Assembly (NCBI GenBank): GCA_035221665.1
Contig: CM069160.1
Coordinates: forward strand, 7,688,001-7,752,000
Origin: Okamejei kenojei
Taxonomy: Eukaryota
Length of the DNA: 64,000 nt
Direction: 5' to 3'
The position numbers and the translations under genes were made by a program. Position 1 is the first letter of the stretch; each line of letters opens with the position of its first letter. This document shows positions 11,796 through 24,156 of the stretch, in pieces. Under the pieces are notes generated by a model. The model ran no database searches. It was not told where the DNA came from and worked only from the letters and a program-made list of their open reading frames with translations.

Positions 11796-12959
11796 AGGCA
11801 CTCGAGTCCTGGCAACATCCTCGTAAATATTCAATGCACTCATTCCAGCTTAATAGCATCGCTCCTGTAGCAGGGCGACCAAAACAGAACACAATACTCC
11901 AAGTGTGGCCTCACCAACATCTTGCACAACTGCAACGTCATCTCCCAGTCTCCAAACTCAATACGCTGACTGATGAAGGCCATTCCACCAAGAACCTTCT
12001 TCACCAGCCTATCGACCAGTGACACCACATTGTTGACGGAGGTCACGGGGCTGTGGGGTTAAAGTGTAGATGTCACGGGCTGTCAGGTTTAATCTTTTTA
12101 CCTGGGACAGGATGTACCTATGACAGATTGATGGGCCGGTCCCAGGGATGGAGGATGTGCCAACGAGCTGCGACTGAGTCGACTGAGAGCGGAGTCTCCA
12201 GAGTTTGTGAGCATGAGAGGGAGGTGACTGACTCTTACACAAAGCCCACGGGGCTGGACAAACTGTGTTCCCCCGGCTGAGGGGTCTGTGGCCAGGGGTC
12301 AGTCTCCGATCAAGGGGAGAAATGTCCACACTGAGAGGGGGTGGAGAATGTTTATAATCCTCACCCACAGAGCACTGTGGAAGCTGCGTCACCGAGAGCA
12401 TTCAATGTTCCCGATGTATTAATGTTGTTCCCCACAGACCAGGGAAAGGGGCGTGGGGTTGTGGGGGAGGGCTGGGACAGGGAGCGGGAGGCAGGGGTGA
12501 GGACAAAGACGGTGAGAGGGAGGAGGAGGTTGGGATGAGGATCGGTGGGAGTGAGAGCTGGAACAGGCAAGGAGAGGGCTGGGCTAGTGCCGGGCATGGG
12601 TGGGGAGGAGGAGATGAGAGAAGGTGAGCAAGGGAATAATAGGAGGGTGGGAAGGTGTGGGGAGGGGGGGTTGTGAGGGATTTGTGAAGTGGGCGCTAAC
12701 GTAAGGGAGCGGATAGAGAAGGGGAGGAAGAGATTAGGAGGGTAGGAAGAGGTGTGGAGTAGGAGGAGGGGATTGGAAGTGATGGTGAGGGGAGGAGGAT
12801 GGGGAGGGGGTAATAGTGGGGAAGGGAGCCCATGGAAGGAAGCGTGGGGAAGGAGGGGACAGGTGCAATACCTGTGAGAGATTTGAATCACGGCACCCAG
12901 CTTCATTCCTGTGATTTATGTCGAAGGGCCTCAGTCCTGAAACGTTGCCTGTGTTTCTC

Positions 12960-13705
12960 TCTCCACAGATGGACAGTGAAGGTGATGTACAATGGGATCT
13001 TGATCACCTGGGACACTGGCGCCAAGGAATGGCAGGTGGAGTTTAATTACAATAAACTCGAGGTGTAGCAAGGTGGAGGGACGGGACTTACGCGTAAGTG
13101 CTGGAGCTGTGGGGCGTGTTGTGAGACTAGGAGACCTGGCGGGGAAGGGACATAGTTGCATGAAGGTGGCGACACAGGGTGACAGGGCGGTGAAGGAGGC
13201 GTGTGACATGCTTGCCTTCATCAGTGAAAGTGTTGACTACAGGTGTTGAGAAGTCATGTTCATAAATGAAAGGAGCGGAATCAGGCCATTCGGCCCATCA
13301 AGACTACTCCGCCACTCACTCACAGCTGCTTGGTAAGGCCGTGTTTACTGAACTCTGTGCAGCACCTGTTGTCCTGTCATTAAACTGGTAAAGGTGCAAC
13401 AATGTCTAAGATGCTACGTGGTCAGGAGGGTTTGAGCTATCGGGAGAGGCTGGATAGGCTGGGTCCTGAGTGTAGGGGGCTGGTCTTGTACAGAGTGGTG
13501 TATGCAACGAGCTGCTGGAGGAGGTAGTTGGGGCAGTTCCTATCACGACTTATGGAAACATTTAGACAGGCACATGTACAGGACAGAGTTAGAGGGATAT
13601 GGGCCAAACTCCAGCAGATGAGATTAGTGTCGAGGGGGCATGTTGGTCGGCGTGGGCAGGTTGGGCCAAAGGGCTTGTTTTCATGCTGCATGACTCTATG
13701 ACTCT
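12960..13705 (+). mobile_element. Degenerate CR1 fragment with 3' end
   Basis: WQVEFN and AFIS remnants; partial inverted copy at 63275-63610. Confidence 0.6.
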
Positions 13706-14310
13706 GAGGTTTATAAAACCATGGTGCAGAGTGCTGGTGTCAGCACGATGCTGTTACACTCCCGGGATTCCCCGGTCACCGTCCACAGTGCACAGTCCAA
13801 CCTCTCCCTGACCGCCGGCAGCCGCTTCCCACAAGCTCCGCCGTCAGCACGGACTGGCACGGATCCGTTCACTCCATCGTGAACCTCCCGGCCGCCTCTC
13901 CGGCCGAGGGAAGCGGAGAACATCACAGCTCCGTGTCCCAGGGTGGGGAATACAGACCGGGAACCTGTCACTTGCCGGCACCGACCTCACCCCATCACCG
14001 CGTTATACCGTGTAGGAAGGAACTGCAGATGCTGCTTTAAACTGAAGATAGACACAAAAACCTGCAGTAACTCAGCGGGTCAGACAGCATCTCTGGAGAG
14101 AAGGAATAGGTGATGTTTCGGGTCGAGACCCTTCTTCAGATGCTGTCTGACCCGATGAGTTACTCCAGGTTTTTGTGTCTATCCTCGTTGTTCTGGCTCT
14201 CTCCTCTCAAGCCCCGAGGCAGGGCCGCGACCCGAAACATGAAACATCCCTCTCCCTCCACAGATGCCACCCGACCCGTCAATGTGTTTCAACAGTCTGT
14301 TTCCTCTGCG

Positions 14311-15390
14311 TGTCTGTGTGTCAGGGTCTGTGTGTCAGGGTCTGTGTGTCAGGGTCTGTGTCTCAGTGTCTGTGTCTCAGGGTCTGTGTCTCAGGGTCTG
14401 TGTCAGGGTCTGTGTGTCAGAGTTTGTGTGTCAGGGTCTGTGTCGGGGTCTGTGGGTCAGGGTTTGTATTGGGGTCTGTGTGTCAGGGTCTGTGTGTCGG
14501 GGTCTGTGTGTCGGAGTCTGTGTGTCAGGGTCTGTGTCTCATGGTCTGTGTGTCAGGGTCTGTGTGTCAGGGTCTGTGTCTCAGGGTCTATGTCTCAGGA
14601 TCTACGTGTTAGGGTCTGTGTGTCAGGGTCTGTGTGTCAGGGTCTGTGTGTCAGGGACCTGTGTGTCAGGGACTGTGTGTCAGGGATCTGTGTCTCAGGG
14701 TCTATGTTTCAGGGTCTGTGTGTCAGGGTCTGTGTCAGGGTCTGTGTGTCAGGGTCTGTGTCAGGGTCTGTGTGTCAGGGTCTGTGTGTCAGGGTCTGTG
14801 TGTCAGGGTCTGTGTGGGGTCTGTGTGTCAGGGTCTGCGTGTCAGGGTCTGTGTCTCAGGGTCTATGTCTCAGGGTTTATGTGTTAGGGTCTGTGTCAGG
14901 GTCTGTGTCTCAGAGTCTGTGTGTCACGGTCTGTGTGTCAGGGTCTGTGTCAGGGTCTGTGTCAGGGTCTGTGTGTCAGGGTTTGATGTCAGGGTCTCTG
15001 TGTCAGGGTCTGTGTCAGGGTCTGTGTGTCAGGGTCTGTGTCAGGGTCTGTGTGTCAGGGTCTGTGTGGCAGGGTCTGTGTGTCAGGATCTGCGTGTCAG
15101 GGTCTGTGTCAGGGTCTCTGTGTCAGGGTCTGTCTGTCAGGGTCTGTGTCAGCGTCTGTGTGTCAGGGTCTGTCTCAGGGTCTGTGTCAGGGTATGTGTG
15201 TCAGGCTCTGTGTCAGGGTCTGTGTTTCAGGGTCTGTGTGTGAGGTCTGTGTGTCGAGGTCTGCGTCAGGGTCTGTGTGTCAGGATGTGTGTGTCATGGT
15301 CTGTATGTCAGGGTCTGTGTCATGGTCTGTGTGTCAGGGTCTGTGTGTCAGGGTCTGTGTGTCAGGGTCTGTGTGTCAGGGTCTGTGTCG
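14311..15390. repeat. Minisatellite (GTCAGGGTCTGTGT)n, 14/12-bp units
   Basis: Directly visible tandem array ending ~30 bp upstream of the promoter ISRE. Confidence 0.97.
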
Positions 15391-15418
15391 GTGGGCCCCA
15401 CCTCTCTCTCCCGCTTCA

Positions 15419-15720
15419 CACTTTCGGTTTCATGAGCTAACCTGCCACCGACCCTGACGCGCTGCTCTACCCGGCAACCGGTGACGCGGCGGCAGCTCTG
15501 CTGCTGATTGGACAGACTGGGATATTTTTTACCAACTTCACGGGGCTCTTCTGCCCGGAGACCGGTGACTCACGGGCGGGCAGGACTGTGATTGGCCGCG
15601 GACACGGCGCCGACCAATCAGCGCGGGGTGCGGGGGCGAAGGGGGCGGGCGAGCGGAGCAGAGTGAATGCGCATGCGCCCCGGACTCGCAAACTCACTTC
15701 AACCTGAACAGTCGGGGGCG
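15419..15720 (+). promoter_or_regulatory. MHC class I promoter: ISRE + two tandem S-X-Y modules + extra CCAAT, GC box and NRF1-like site
   Basis: CACTTTCGGTTTCA 15419-15432. X1 CCCGGCAACCGGTG 15470-15483 with X2 TGACGC, 20 bp, CTGATTGG 15504-15511. Second X1 CCCGGAGACCGGTG 15554-15567 with TGACTCA, 20 bp, GTGATTGG 15588-15595. CCAAT 15614, GGGGCGGG ~15642, TGCGCATGCG ~15668. CpG-rich, no TATA. Confidence 0.85.
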
Positions 15721-15723
15721 ACG

Positions 15724-15790
15724 ATGCTGCGCCCGCTGCTGCTGCCGCTGCTGCTGCTGCCCGCCCTCCTGGCTGGAGCCCAGGCTGCAG
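15724..15790 (+). CDS. MHC class I heavy chain exon 1 (signal peptide)
   Basis: MLRPLLLPLLLLPALLAGAQAA+G; phase-1 donor CAG/GTGGGT splices in frame to GSHSL of the alpha1 exon. Linkage across 13.5 kb is inferred from phase and the S-X-Y promoter. Confidence 0.88.
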
Positions 15791-15836
15791 GTGGGTGAGG
15801 GGCAGTGATGGGCTGCCAACCCAGTCCCCGACAGTG

Positions 15837-15942
15837 GCTGAGGGGCAGTGTGTGGGTGAGGGGCAGTGTGTGGGTGAGGGGCAGTGTGTGGGTGAGGGGC
15901 AGTGTGTGGGTGAGGGACAGTGTGTGTGCGAGGGGCAGTGTC
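15837..15942. repeat. 18-bp minisatellite (GTGAGGGGCAGTGTGTGG) x~5-6 in intron 1
   Basis: Visible tandem repeat; absent from the inverted copy. Confidence 0.9.
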
Positions 15943-16469
15943 GGGCTGGGCACCTTGTTCCGGTCAGGGAATGAGGGGGGTCAGTGGGCAGATGGGCACA
16001 GGGTTCACCAGTCAGTGGGTGAGGGTCAGTGTCGGGCTGGGCTCAGCATAATAACCCCTGGTACATTGAAACAGGGAGATCAGGCGGGTAAATAAGGGAG
16101 ATGAGGGATTTGGCAGATAAGTTAAAGGAGTATCCTGAGAGTGTCAACAAGTATGTAAAGAGTAAATGGGTAATTTTTGAGAGATTAGAACCCGTGCAGG
16201 ATGTGCGTGAATCCACAGGAGATTGGTGAGGTTGCATCTGTATTAACAGTACAGAAGGCCATAGAAGGCAAGAATTACAGGAAATGAACAGCCATTTCTT
16301 GGAATGAATCCTCATAAAAGAGGCGGTGCTGTAGAAACAAAGAACTGTAGACGCTGGCTGGTTATTACACAAGAGGACATAAAGTGCTGGAGTAACTCGG
16401 CAGGCCAGGCAGCATTACTGGAGAGTCTGAATAATGATATCAACCCAAAACGTCACCTATCGATGTTGT

Positions 16470-16497
16470 CTGAAGAAGGGTCTTGACTCGAAACGTT
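16470..16497 (+). ncRNA. Minimal hammerhead-ribozyme-like motif in a Penelope-type repeat
   Basis: CTGAAGA-A-GGGTC-TT-GACTC-GAAACGTT; inverted copy at 59542-59569. Confidence 0.5.
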
Positions 16498-16629
16498 AGC
16501 GATCCATATTCACCGGTGATGCTGCCTGATCCGCTGAGCTACTCCAGCACTTTGCATTCTTTATTTTTATGGCATATTAAGGTGGATAAGTACCTAAAGG
16601 CCGGTTCACATATATCCTTGTAAACTGGG

Positions 16630-17890
16630 AGGCGCATCGGTAGAGCTACTATCTTACAGAGGCCAGGGTTCAATCCTGACTACGGGTGCAATAACCATAT
16701 AACCATATAACATATAACCATATAACAATTACAGCACGGAAACGGGCCCTCCCGGCCCTTCCAGTCCGTGCCGACCATTTGTTTTCCCCTAGTCCCATCT
16801 ACCTGCACTCAGACCATACCCCTCCATTCCATTCACGTCCATATACCTATCCACTTTACTCTTAAATGTTAAAATCGATCCTGCCTCCACCACTTCTGCT
16901 GGAAGCTGATTCCACACAGCCACCACCCTCTGAGTAAAGAAGTTCCCCCTCACGTTACCCCGAAACCTCTGTCCCTTAATTCTCATGTCATGCCCTCTTG
17001 TTTGAATGTTCCCTACCCTCAATGGGAAAAACGTATCCACGTCAACTCTGTCTATCCCTTTCATAATTTTAAAGACCTCAATCAAGTCCCCCCTTAACCT
17101 CCTGCGCTCCAAAGAATAAAGACCTAACTTGTTCAACCTTTCTCTGTAACATAGTTGCTGGAATCCTGGCAACATTCTAGTAAATCTCCTCTGTACTCTC
17201 TCTATTTTGTTGACATCCTTCCTATAACTAGGCGACCAAAATTGTACACCATACTCCAGAATTGGTCTTACCAATGCCTTGTACAATTTTAACATTACTT
17301 CCCTACTCCTATATTCAATGCTCTGATTTATAAAGGCCAGCACACCAAAGGCTTTCTTTACCACCCTATCTACATGCGATTCCACCTTCAGGGAACTATG
17401 CACAGTTATTCCTAGATCCCTCTGTTCCACAGCATTCCTCAATTCCCTACCATTTACCATGTACGTCCTATTTTGATTCGTCCTGCCAAGATGTAGCACT
17501 TCACACTTATCAGCATTAAACTCCATCTGTCATCTTTCAGCCCACTTTTCCAAATGGCCCAAATCTCTCTGTAGACTTTGAAAATCTACTTCATTATCCA
17601 CAACACCACCTATCTTAGTATCATCTGCATACTTACTTATCCAATTTTCCACCCCAATGTGTACGGAGGTTATACGTTCTCCCTAAGACCGTGTGGGGTT
17701 TCTCCGATATCTTCGATTTCCTCTCACACTCTATAGTCGAATAGGTTTGTAGGTTAATTGGCTTAGTGTCAATGTAATTGTCCCTAGTGTTTAGGGATCG
17801 TGTGATTGAGCGGGGACCGTTGGTCTGTGCGCACTCGGTGGACTGAAGGGCCTATTTCAACGTGTATCTCTAAAATGATAAACTAAATTG
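16630..17890 (+). mobile_element. tRNA-derived SINE split by a CR1 insertion
   Basis: B box GGTTCAATCC ~16667; the uninterrupted version is at 59120-59410 on minus. Confidence 0.75.
16693..17654 (-). mobile_element. Young 5'-truncated CR1 LINE, present only in the left copy
   Basis: Open ORF2 C-terminus 16789-17526, (AACCATAT)n tail, CAAT duplicated at 16689-16692 and 17655-17658; empty site at ~59345-59352. Confidence 0.92.
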
Positions 17891-17998
17891 TGGGAAGCTA
17901 GGGCAGGAATTGCAGGGGCTCTGGCAGAATTATTTGCATTATCTATAGATACCAGTGAGCTACCAGAGACTGGAGGCGGTGATCGTTGTGTCCTTATT

Positions 17999-18580
17999 TA
18001 ATTAGAGCTGCAAGGACAGGTCAGGGCACAACAGGGCGGTTGCAGGGGGAGGTACCTGGGGAGGGGGTGGTCTGGGTGGGAAGGGATGAGTGAAGCAAGG
18101 AGTTGCAGAGGGAGTGGTCTGTGTGGAAGGCAGAGAGCAGAACTACAGGACACAGAGGAGATGTGGGTGAGGGATCCACCTATGGCAGCCGGGGGCAAAC
18201 ACGATTACATCTCGGATGACCTAGAATGGAAAGTCTCATCTTGGGACCAGATGAGGCAGAGGCAGAGACATTGGGAACAGGGAATAGCGTATTTGCAAAA
18301 GTCAGGGTGGGAGGAGGTGTAGTGGAGATAACTGTGTGAGTCGGTAGGTTTGCAGCAGACATCAGTCAATAGTCTGTCCCCAGTGTTGGAGACAGAGAGA
18401 TCACGAGAGGGGAGAGCGGCATCAGAGAAAGTCCAGGTAAATGTGAGGGCGGGGTGGGTTAGTGATGAAGTTAATTAAATCAATGAGTTCTGCACGGGAG
18501 CAGGAGGCGGCCCCGATGCAGTCGTTGATGTAGCAGAGAACGAGTTGTGGGAGGTGCCAGTGTACGATTGGAACAAGGAC
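17999..18580 (-). mobile_element. Penelope-like element RT/EN remnant
   Basis: PQLVLCYINDCIGAASC (YIDD-type motif); continues at 19901-20010 with MSTRMGPSCACLF. Inverted copy at ~58425-59005. Confidence 0.8.
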
Positions 18581-19900
18581 AAAATATTGATATTTACAAT
18601 ATATATTAACCATTTAGTTGAGGAAATTAAATGCAACATCTGCTAGTTTGTGGATGACACAAAGCTGGGTGGCAGTGTGAGCTGTGAGGAGGATGCTATG
18701 AGGCTGCAGGGTGACTTGGATAGGTTGGGTGAGTGGGCAGATGCTTGGCAGATGCAGTATAATGTGGATAAATGTGAGGTTATCTACTTTGTTGGCAAGA
18801 ACTGGAAATCAGATTATTGTCTGAATGTTGTCAGATTATGAAAAGAGGAGGTGCAACGAGACCCGGGGGTCCTTGTACATCAGTCGCAGAATGTAAGCAT
18901 GCAGGTACAGCAGGCAGTGAAGAAGTTGGCCTTCATTCCAAGAGGATTTGAGTTTTGGAGCAAGGAGGCCCTAATGCATTTGTACAGGGCCCTGATGAGA
19001 CCACACCTGGAGTATTGTGTGCAACTTTGGTCTCTTAATTTGAGGAAGGACATTCTTGCTATTGAGGGAGTGCTGTGTAGGTTCACCAGGTTAATTCCCG
19101 GGATGGCGGGACTGACATATGATGAAATAATTGGTCGATTGGGCCTATATTCACTGGAATTTAGGATGAGAGGAGATCTTATAGAAACATATACAATTCT
19201 TAAAGGATTGCACAGGATAGATTCAGGAAACATGTTCCCGCTGTTGGGTGAGTCCAGAACCAGGGGCCACAGTTTATGAAGGAACTTTTTCGGAGGGAGG
19301 AGGGGTAAATTGGAGGAGCAGCACCTCATATTTTGCTTGGGCAGTTTGCACCCCAGCGGTATGAACATTGACTTCTCTAATGTCAGGTAGTCCTTACTGT
19401 CTCCTCCCCTTCTCAGCTCCCCCTCAGCCCTCTGGCTCCACCTCTTCCTTTCTCCTCCCCCCCCCCAACCCCCCCCCCCCCCCAACCCCCCCCTCCCCCC
19501 CTCCCCCCCCCCCCTTACATCAGTTTGAAGAAGGGTTTCGGCCCGAAACGCTGCCTATTTCCTTCGTCCCATAGATGCTGCCTCCAGCAATTTTGTCTAG
19601 CCACAGTTTAAGAATAAGGAGTAGGCTATTTTGGACTGAGATGTGGAAAAACGTTTTCACCCAGAGAGTTGTGAATCTGTGGAATTCTCTACCACAGAAG
19701 GCAGTGGAGGTCAATTCACTGGATGTATTCAAGAGATAGTTAAATTTAGCTTTTGGGGATGAGGGAATCAAGGGATATGGGGAAAAAGCAGGAACGGGGT
19801 ACTGAATTTAGATGATCAGCCATGATCATATTGAATGACCGTGCTGGCTTGAAGGGACGAATGGCCTACTGCTGCACCATTTTTCATGTTTTCTATATTT
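18581..19900 (+). mobile_element. CR1 fragment inserted in a Penelope element
   Basis: TSD CAAGGAC at 18574-18580 and 19901-19907; DDTKLGG and RPHLEYCVQ peptides. Confidence 0.85.
19277..19599 (+). mobile_element. Penelope 3' fragment (EN C-terminus plus hammerhead-bearing repeat) inserted in the CR1
   Basis: KLEEQHLIFCLGSLHPSGMNIDFSN; TSD GCCACAGTTTA at 19266-19276 and 19600-19610. Confidence 0.8.
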
Positions 19901-22900
19901 CAAGGACTGTTTGACGTGAATAATAAAAAGGCAGGCGCAGCTGGGGCCCATGCGGGTGCTCATGACTGCACCTTTAAATTGGAGAAAGTGAGAGGTGAAA
20001 GGAGAAGTGTAGAGGGTGAGGACAGGTTTGACCCGGCCTCTGGCAGCTCGTTCCAAACACCCACCACCCTTGGAGTGAAAATCCTGCCCCCAAGTTGTTA
20101 CTAAATCTTGCCCCTCTCACCTTAAACCTGTGCTCTCTGGTGCTTGATTCTCCGAGCCTGGATAATCCCCTCATGATTTTATACACCTCCATGTGCTCAA
20201 GCCTCTATAAAGTGGATGCTCACAGTCTTTTCCCAGTATTGAGTCCAACGTTTGTTGACACTGTTTAAAAGACATTTGGACAGGTACATGGGTGGGAAAC
20301 ATAAGGACATGCAGATGCTGGTTTACAAAAGGTCAGGCAGCATCTCTGGAGAATATGCACAGGTGATGTTTCAGGTCGGGACCTTCTTCAGACAGCAGAC
20401 AGGTGGGGGGGGGGGGCAAAAAGCTGGAAGAGGTGGGGGAGGGTCTGGTGAGTGATAGGTGGATACAAGGGTGGGAGGGGGGTTGGTGGGTCGATGGACA
20501 AGGGCAGAGATGAAGAGGCAAAAGGTGCCACACAATGACAGATGAGTTGAACTGTGTGAAAGCGAGTCTTACCACCGAGGCCCTGTGCTGGGCACAGCTC
20601 AGTCCGGGCACGTTAATGGGTGAGGCACGGCCATGCAGGAGGCTGGGCGAGGCGTGGAAGGTGGGCGGGAAGTGGGAGGGCAGGAAACGGCCAGAGTACA
20701 CAATATCTGCCTCCACCACCACCCCTGGCAATGCGTTCCAGGACCCACTATGTGTAAATAAACCTTTCCCTGTACATCTCAGCTTATAACTATGCCCTCT
20801 AGTGGGGGACATGTTGCAGGTTAATTGGCCTTTGTCAAATATCCCTGGTGTGTGGGAAGTGGATTTGAAAGTGGGATAACATGAACAAGTGTGAATGGGT
20901 GATCGATGGTCAGCATGAACTCGGTGGGCTGAAGGGCCTGTTTCCATGCTGCGTCTCCAAAGCAAACAATTAAAGCACCGTGGATCACTTGCATCTTAAT
21001 CTTCTGGATCAGCTGCCACGGGGGACTTGATCACTTGCCTTACAGTCACCCGCACACACTACAGGGGTTTGTTGGAGGAGGGTGGGGGTGGAGGTGAAGG
21101 GAGTGTGGCATGTGGGTGCTAGTGGAGGGTGGGGTGTCTGAATGGGGAATGTGTTTTGGGTGTATGTTTATGTGTGTGTGAGTGAGTGAGTGTGTATGTG
21201 GGCGTGTGTGGGCGTGTGTGGGTGTGTGTGTGTGTGTATGGGCGTGTGTGGGCGTGCATGGGCATGTGTGGGTGTGGTGAGTGTGAGTGTGGGTGTGTGT
21301 GTATGTGAGTGTGTGTGTGGGTATNNNNNNNNNNNNNNNNNNNNNNNNNNNNNNNNNNNNNNNNNNNNNNNNNNNNNNNNNNNNNNNNNNNNNNNNNNNN
21401 NNNNNNNNNNNNNNNNNNNNNNNNNNNNNNNNNNNNNNNNNNNNNNNNNNNNNNNNNNNNNNNNGGGGTGTCTGTGTGTGGTGTGTGGGTGTGTGTGTGT
21501 GGGGGGGGTGTCTGTGTGGTGTGTGGGTGTAATTGGGACTGTGTGTGCATGTGTGTGTGTGTGTGGGGGGGTTGTCTGTGTGTGGATGTGTGTGTGTTTG
21601 TGTGTGTGTGTTTGTGGGTGTGTGGGTATGTGCGTTGGGGTGTGTGTGGGTCTGTGTGTGTGCGTGCGTGTGTGTGTGTGGGGGGGAGGGGGTCTGCGTG
21701 TGTGCGTGTGTGGGGGGGGGGGGGGGGTCTGCATGTGTGGTGTGTGTGTGTGTGTGTACGATTGGAACATGGACAAGATATTGATATTAACAATATTTCT
21801 TAATGAATTAGTTGAGGAAATTAAATGTAACATTTCCAAGTTTGTGGATGACACAAAGCTGGGTGGCAGTGTGAGCTGTGAGGAGGATGCTATGAGGCTG
21901 CAGGGTGACTTGGATAGGTTGGGTGAGTGGGCAGATGCTTGGCAGATGCAGTATAATGTGGATAAATGTGAGGTTATCTACTTTGTTGGCAAGAACTGGA
22001 AATCAGATTATTGTCTGAATGTTGTCAGATTAGGAAAAGAGGAGGTGCAACGAGACCTGGGGGTCCTTGTACATCAGTCACAGAATGTAAGCATGCAGGT
22101 ACAGCAGGCAGTGAAGAAGTTGGCCTTCATTCCAAGAGGATTTGAGTTTTGGAGCAAGGAGGCCCTACTGCAGTTGTACAGGGCCCCGGTGAGACCACAC
22201 CTGGAGTATTGTGTGCAACTTTGCTCTCTTAATTTGAGGAAGGACATTCTTGCTATTGAGGGAGTGCAGTGTAGGTTCACCAGGTTAATTCCCGGGATGG
22301 CGGGACTGACATATGATGAAATAATTGGTCGATTGGGCCTATATTCACTGGAATTTAGGATGAGAGGAGATCTTATAGAAACATATACAATTCTTAAAGG
22401 ATTGGACAGGATAGATTCAGGAAAAATGTTCCCGCTGTTGGATGAGTCCAGAACCAGGGGCCACAGTTTAAGTAGGAACTTTTTCGGAGGGAGGAGGGGT
22501 AAATTGGAGGAGCAGCACCTCATATTTTGCTTGGGCAGTTTGCACCCCAACAGTATGAACATTGACTTCTCTAATGTCAGGTAGTCCTTACTGTCTCCTC
22601 TCCTTCTCAGCTCCCCCTCAGCCCTCTGGCTCCACCTCTTCCTTTCTTCTCCCCCCCCCCCCCCCCCCCCCCCCCCGCCACACCCTCACATCAGTCTGAA
22701 GAAGGGATTTGGCCCGAAATGTTGCCTATTTCCTTCGTTCCATAGATGCTGCCTCATCCACTGAGTTTCTCCAGTATTTTTGTCTAGCCACAGTTTAAGA
22801 ATAAGGGCTAGGCCATTTAGGACTGATATGAGGAAAAACTTTTTCACTAAGAGAGTTGTGAATCTGTGGAATTCTCTGCCACAGAAGCCAGTGGACGTCA

Positions 22901-24156
22901 GTTCACTGGATGTTTTCAAGGGAGTTACATTTAGCTTTCAGGGATGAAGGAATCAAGGGATATGGGGAAAAAGCAGGAACGGGTTATTGATTTTAGATGA
23001 TCAGCCATGATCATATTGAATGACCGTGCTGGCATGAAGGGCCGAATGGCCTACACCTGCACCTATTTTTCCATGTTTTCTATATTTCTAGGACTGCATA
23101 ACGTAAATAATAAAAATAGGCAGGCACAGGATAGATTCATGAAAAATGTTCCCGCTGTTGGGTGAGTCCAGAACCAGGGGCCACAGTTTAAGTAGGAACT
23201 TTTTCGGAGGGAGGAAGGGTAAATTGGAGGAGCAGCACCTCATATTTTGCTTGGGCAGTTTGCACCCCAACAGTATGAACATTGACTTCTCTAATGTCAG
23301 GTAGTCCTTATTGTCTCCTCCCCTTCTCAGCTCCCCCTCAGCCCTCTGGCTCCACCTCTTCCTTTCTTCTCTCCCCCTCCCCCCCCCTTACATGAGTTTG
23401 AAGAAGGGTTTCGGCCCGAAACGCTGCCTATTTCCTTCGTCCCATAGATGTTGCCTCCACCAATTTTGTCTAGCCACAGTTTAAGAATAAGGAGTAGGCT
23501 ATTTTGGACTGTGATGTGGAAAAACGTTTTCACCCAGAGAGTTGTGAATCTGTGGAATTCTCTACCACAGAAGGCAGTGGAGGCCAATTCACTGGATGTA
23601 TTCAAGAGATAGTTAAATTTACCTTTTAGGGATGAGGGAATCAAGGGATATGGGGAAAAAGCAGGAACGGGGTACTGAATTTAGATGATCAGCCATGATC
23701 ATATTGAATGACCGTGCTGGCTTGAAGGGACGAATGGCCTCGTGCTGCACCATTTTTCTATGTTTTCTATATTTCTAGGACTGTTTGACGTGAATAATAA
23801 AAAGGCCGGCATAGCTGGGGCCCATGCGGGTGCTCATGAATGCACCTTTAAATTGGAGAAAGTGAGAGGTGAAAGGAGAAGTGTAGAGGGTGAGGACAGG
23901 TTTGACCCGGCCTCTGGCAGCTCGGTCCAAACACCCATCACCCTTGGAGTGAAAAACCTGCCCCCAAGTTGTTATTAAATCTTGCCCCTCTCACCTTAAA
24001 CCTGTGCTCTCTGGTTGTTGATTCTCCGAGCCTGGATAATCCCCTCATGATTTTATACACCTCCATGTGCTCAAGCCTCTATAAAGTGGATGCTCACAGT
24101 CTGTTCACAGTGTTGAGTCTAACGTTTGATGACACTGTTTAAAATACATTTGGACA

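Larger units (their letters stand above)
10410..12020 (-). mobile_element. Old CR1 3' fragment split by a nested insertion
   Basis: CR1 3' sequence at 10410-10842 resumes at 11801 (LVRPHLEYCVLFWSP in ORF 11840-12046). Confidence 0.75.

Noticed and set aside
14311-15390. CRISPR-like or otherwise coded array
   Set aside because: No unique spacers; simple tandem repeat in a vertebrate context.
14110-15457. Cys/Val-rich ORFs (also 60230-62867)
   Set aside because: Translations of the 14-bp minisatellite, open in several frames.
21190-22584. 464-aa ORF fusing CR1 RT to a Penelope EN tail as a novel chimeric protein (also 51650-52612)
   Set aside because: Explained by a nested insertion with a TSD; it starts in a GT microsatellite and is broken in sister units.
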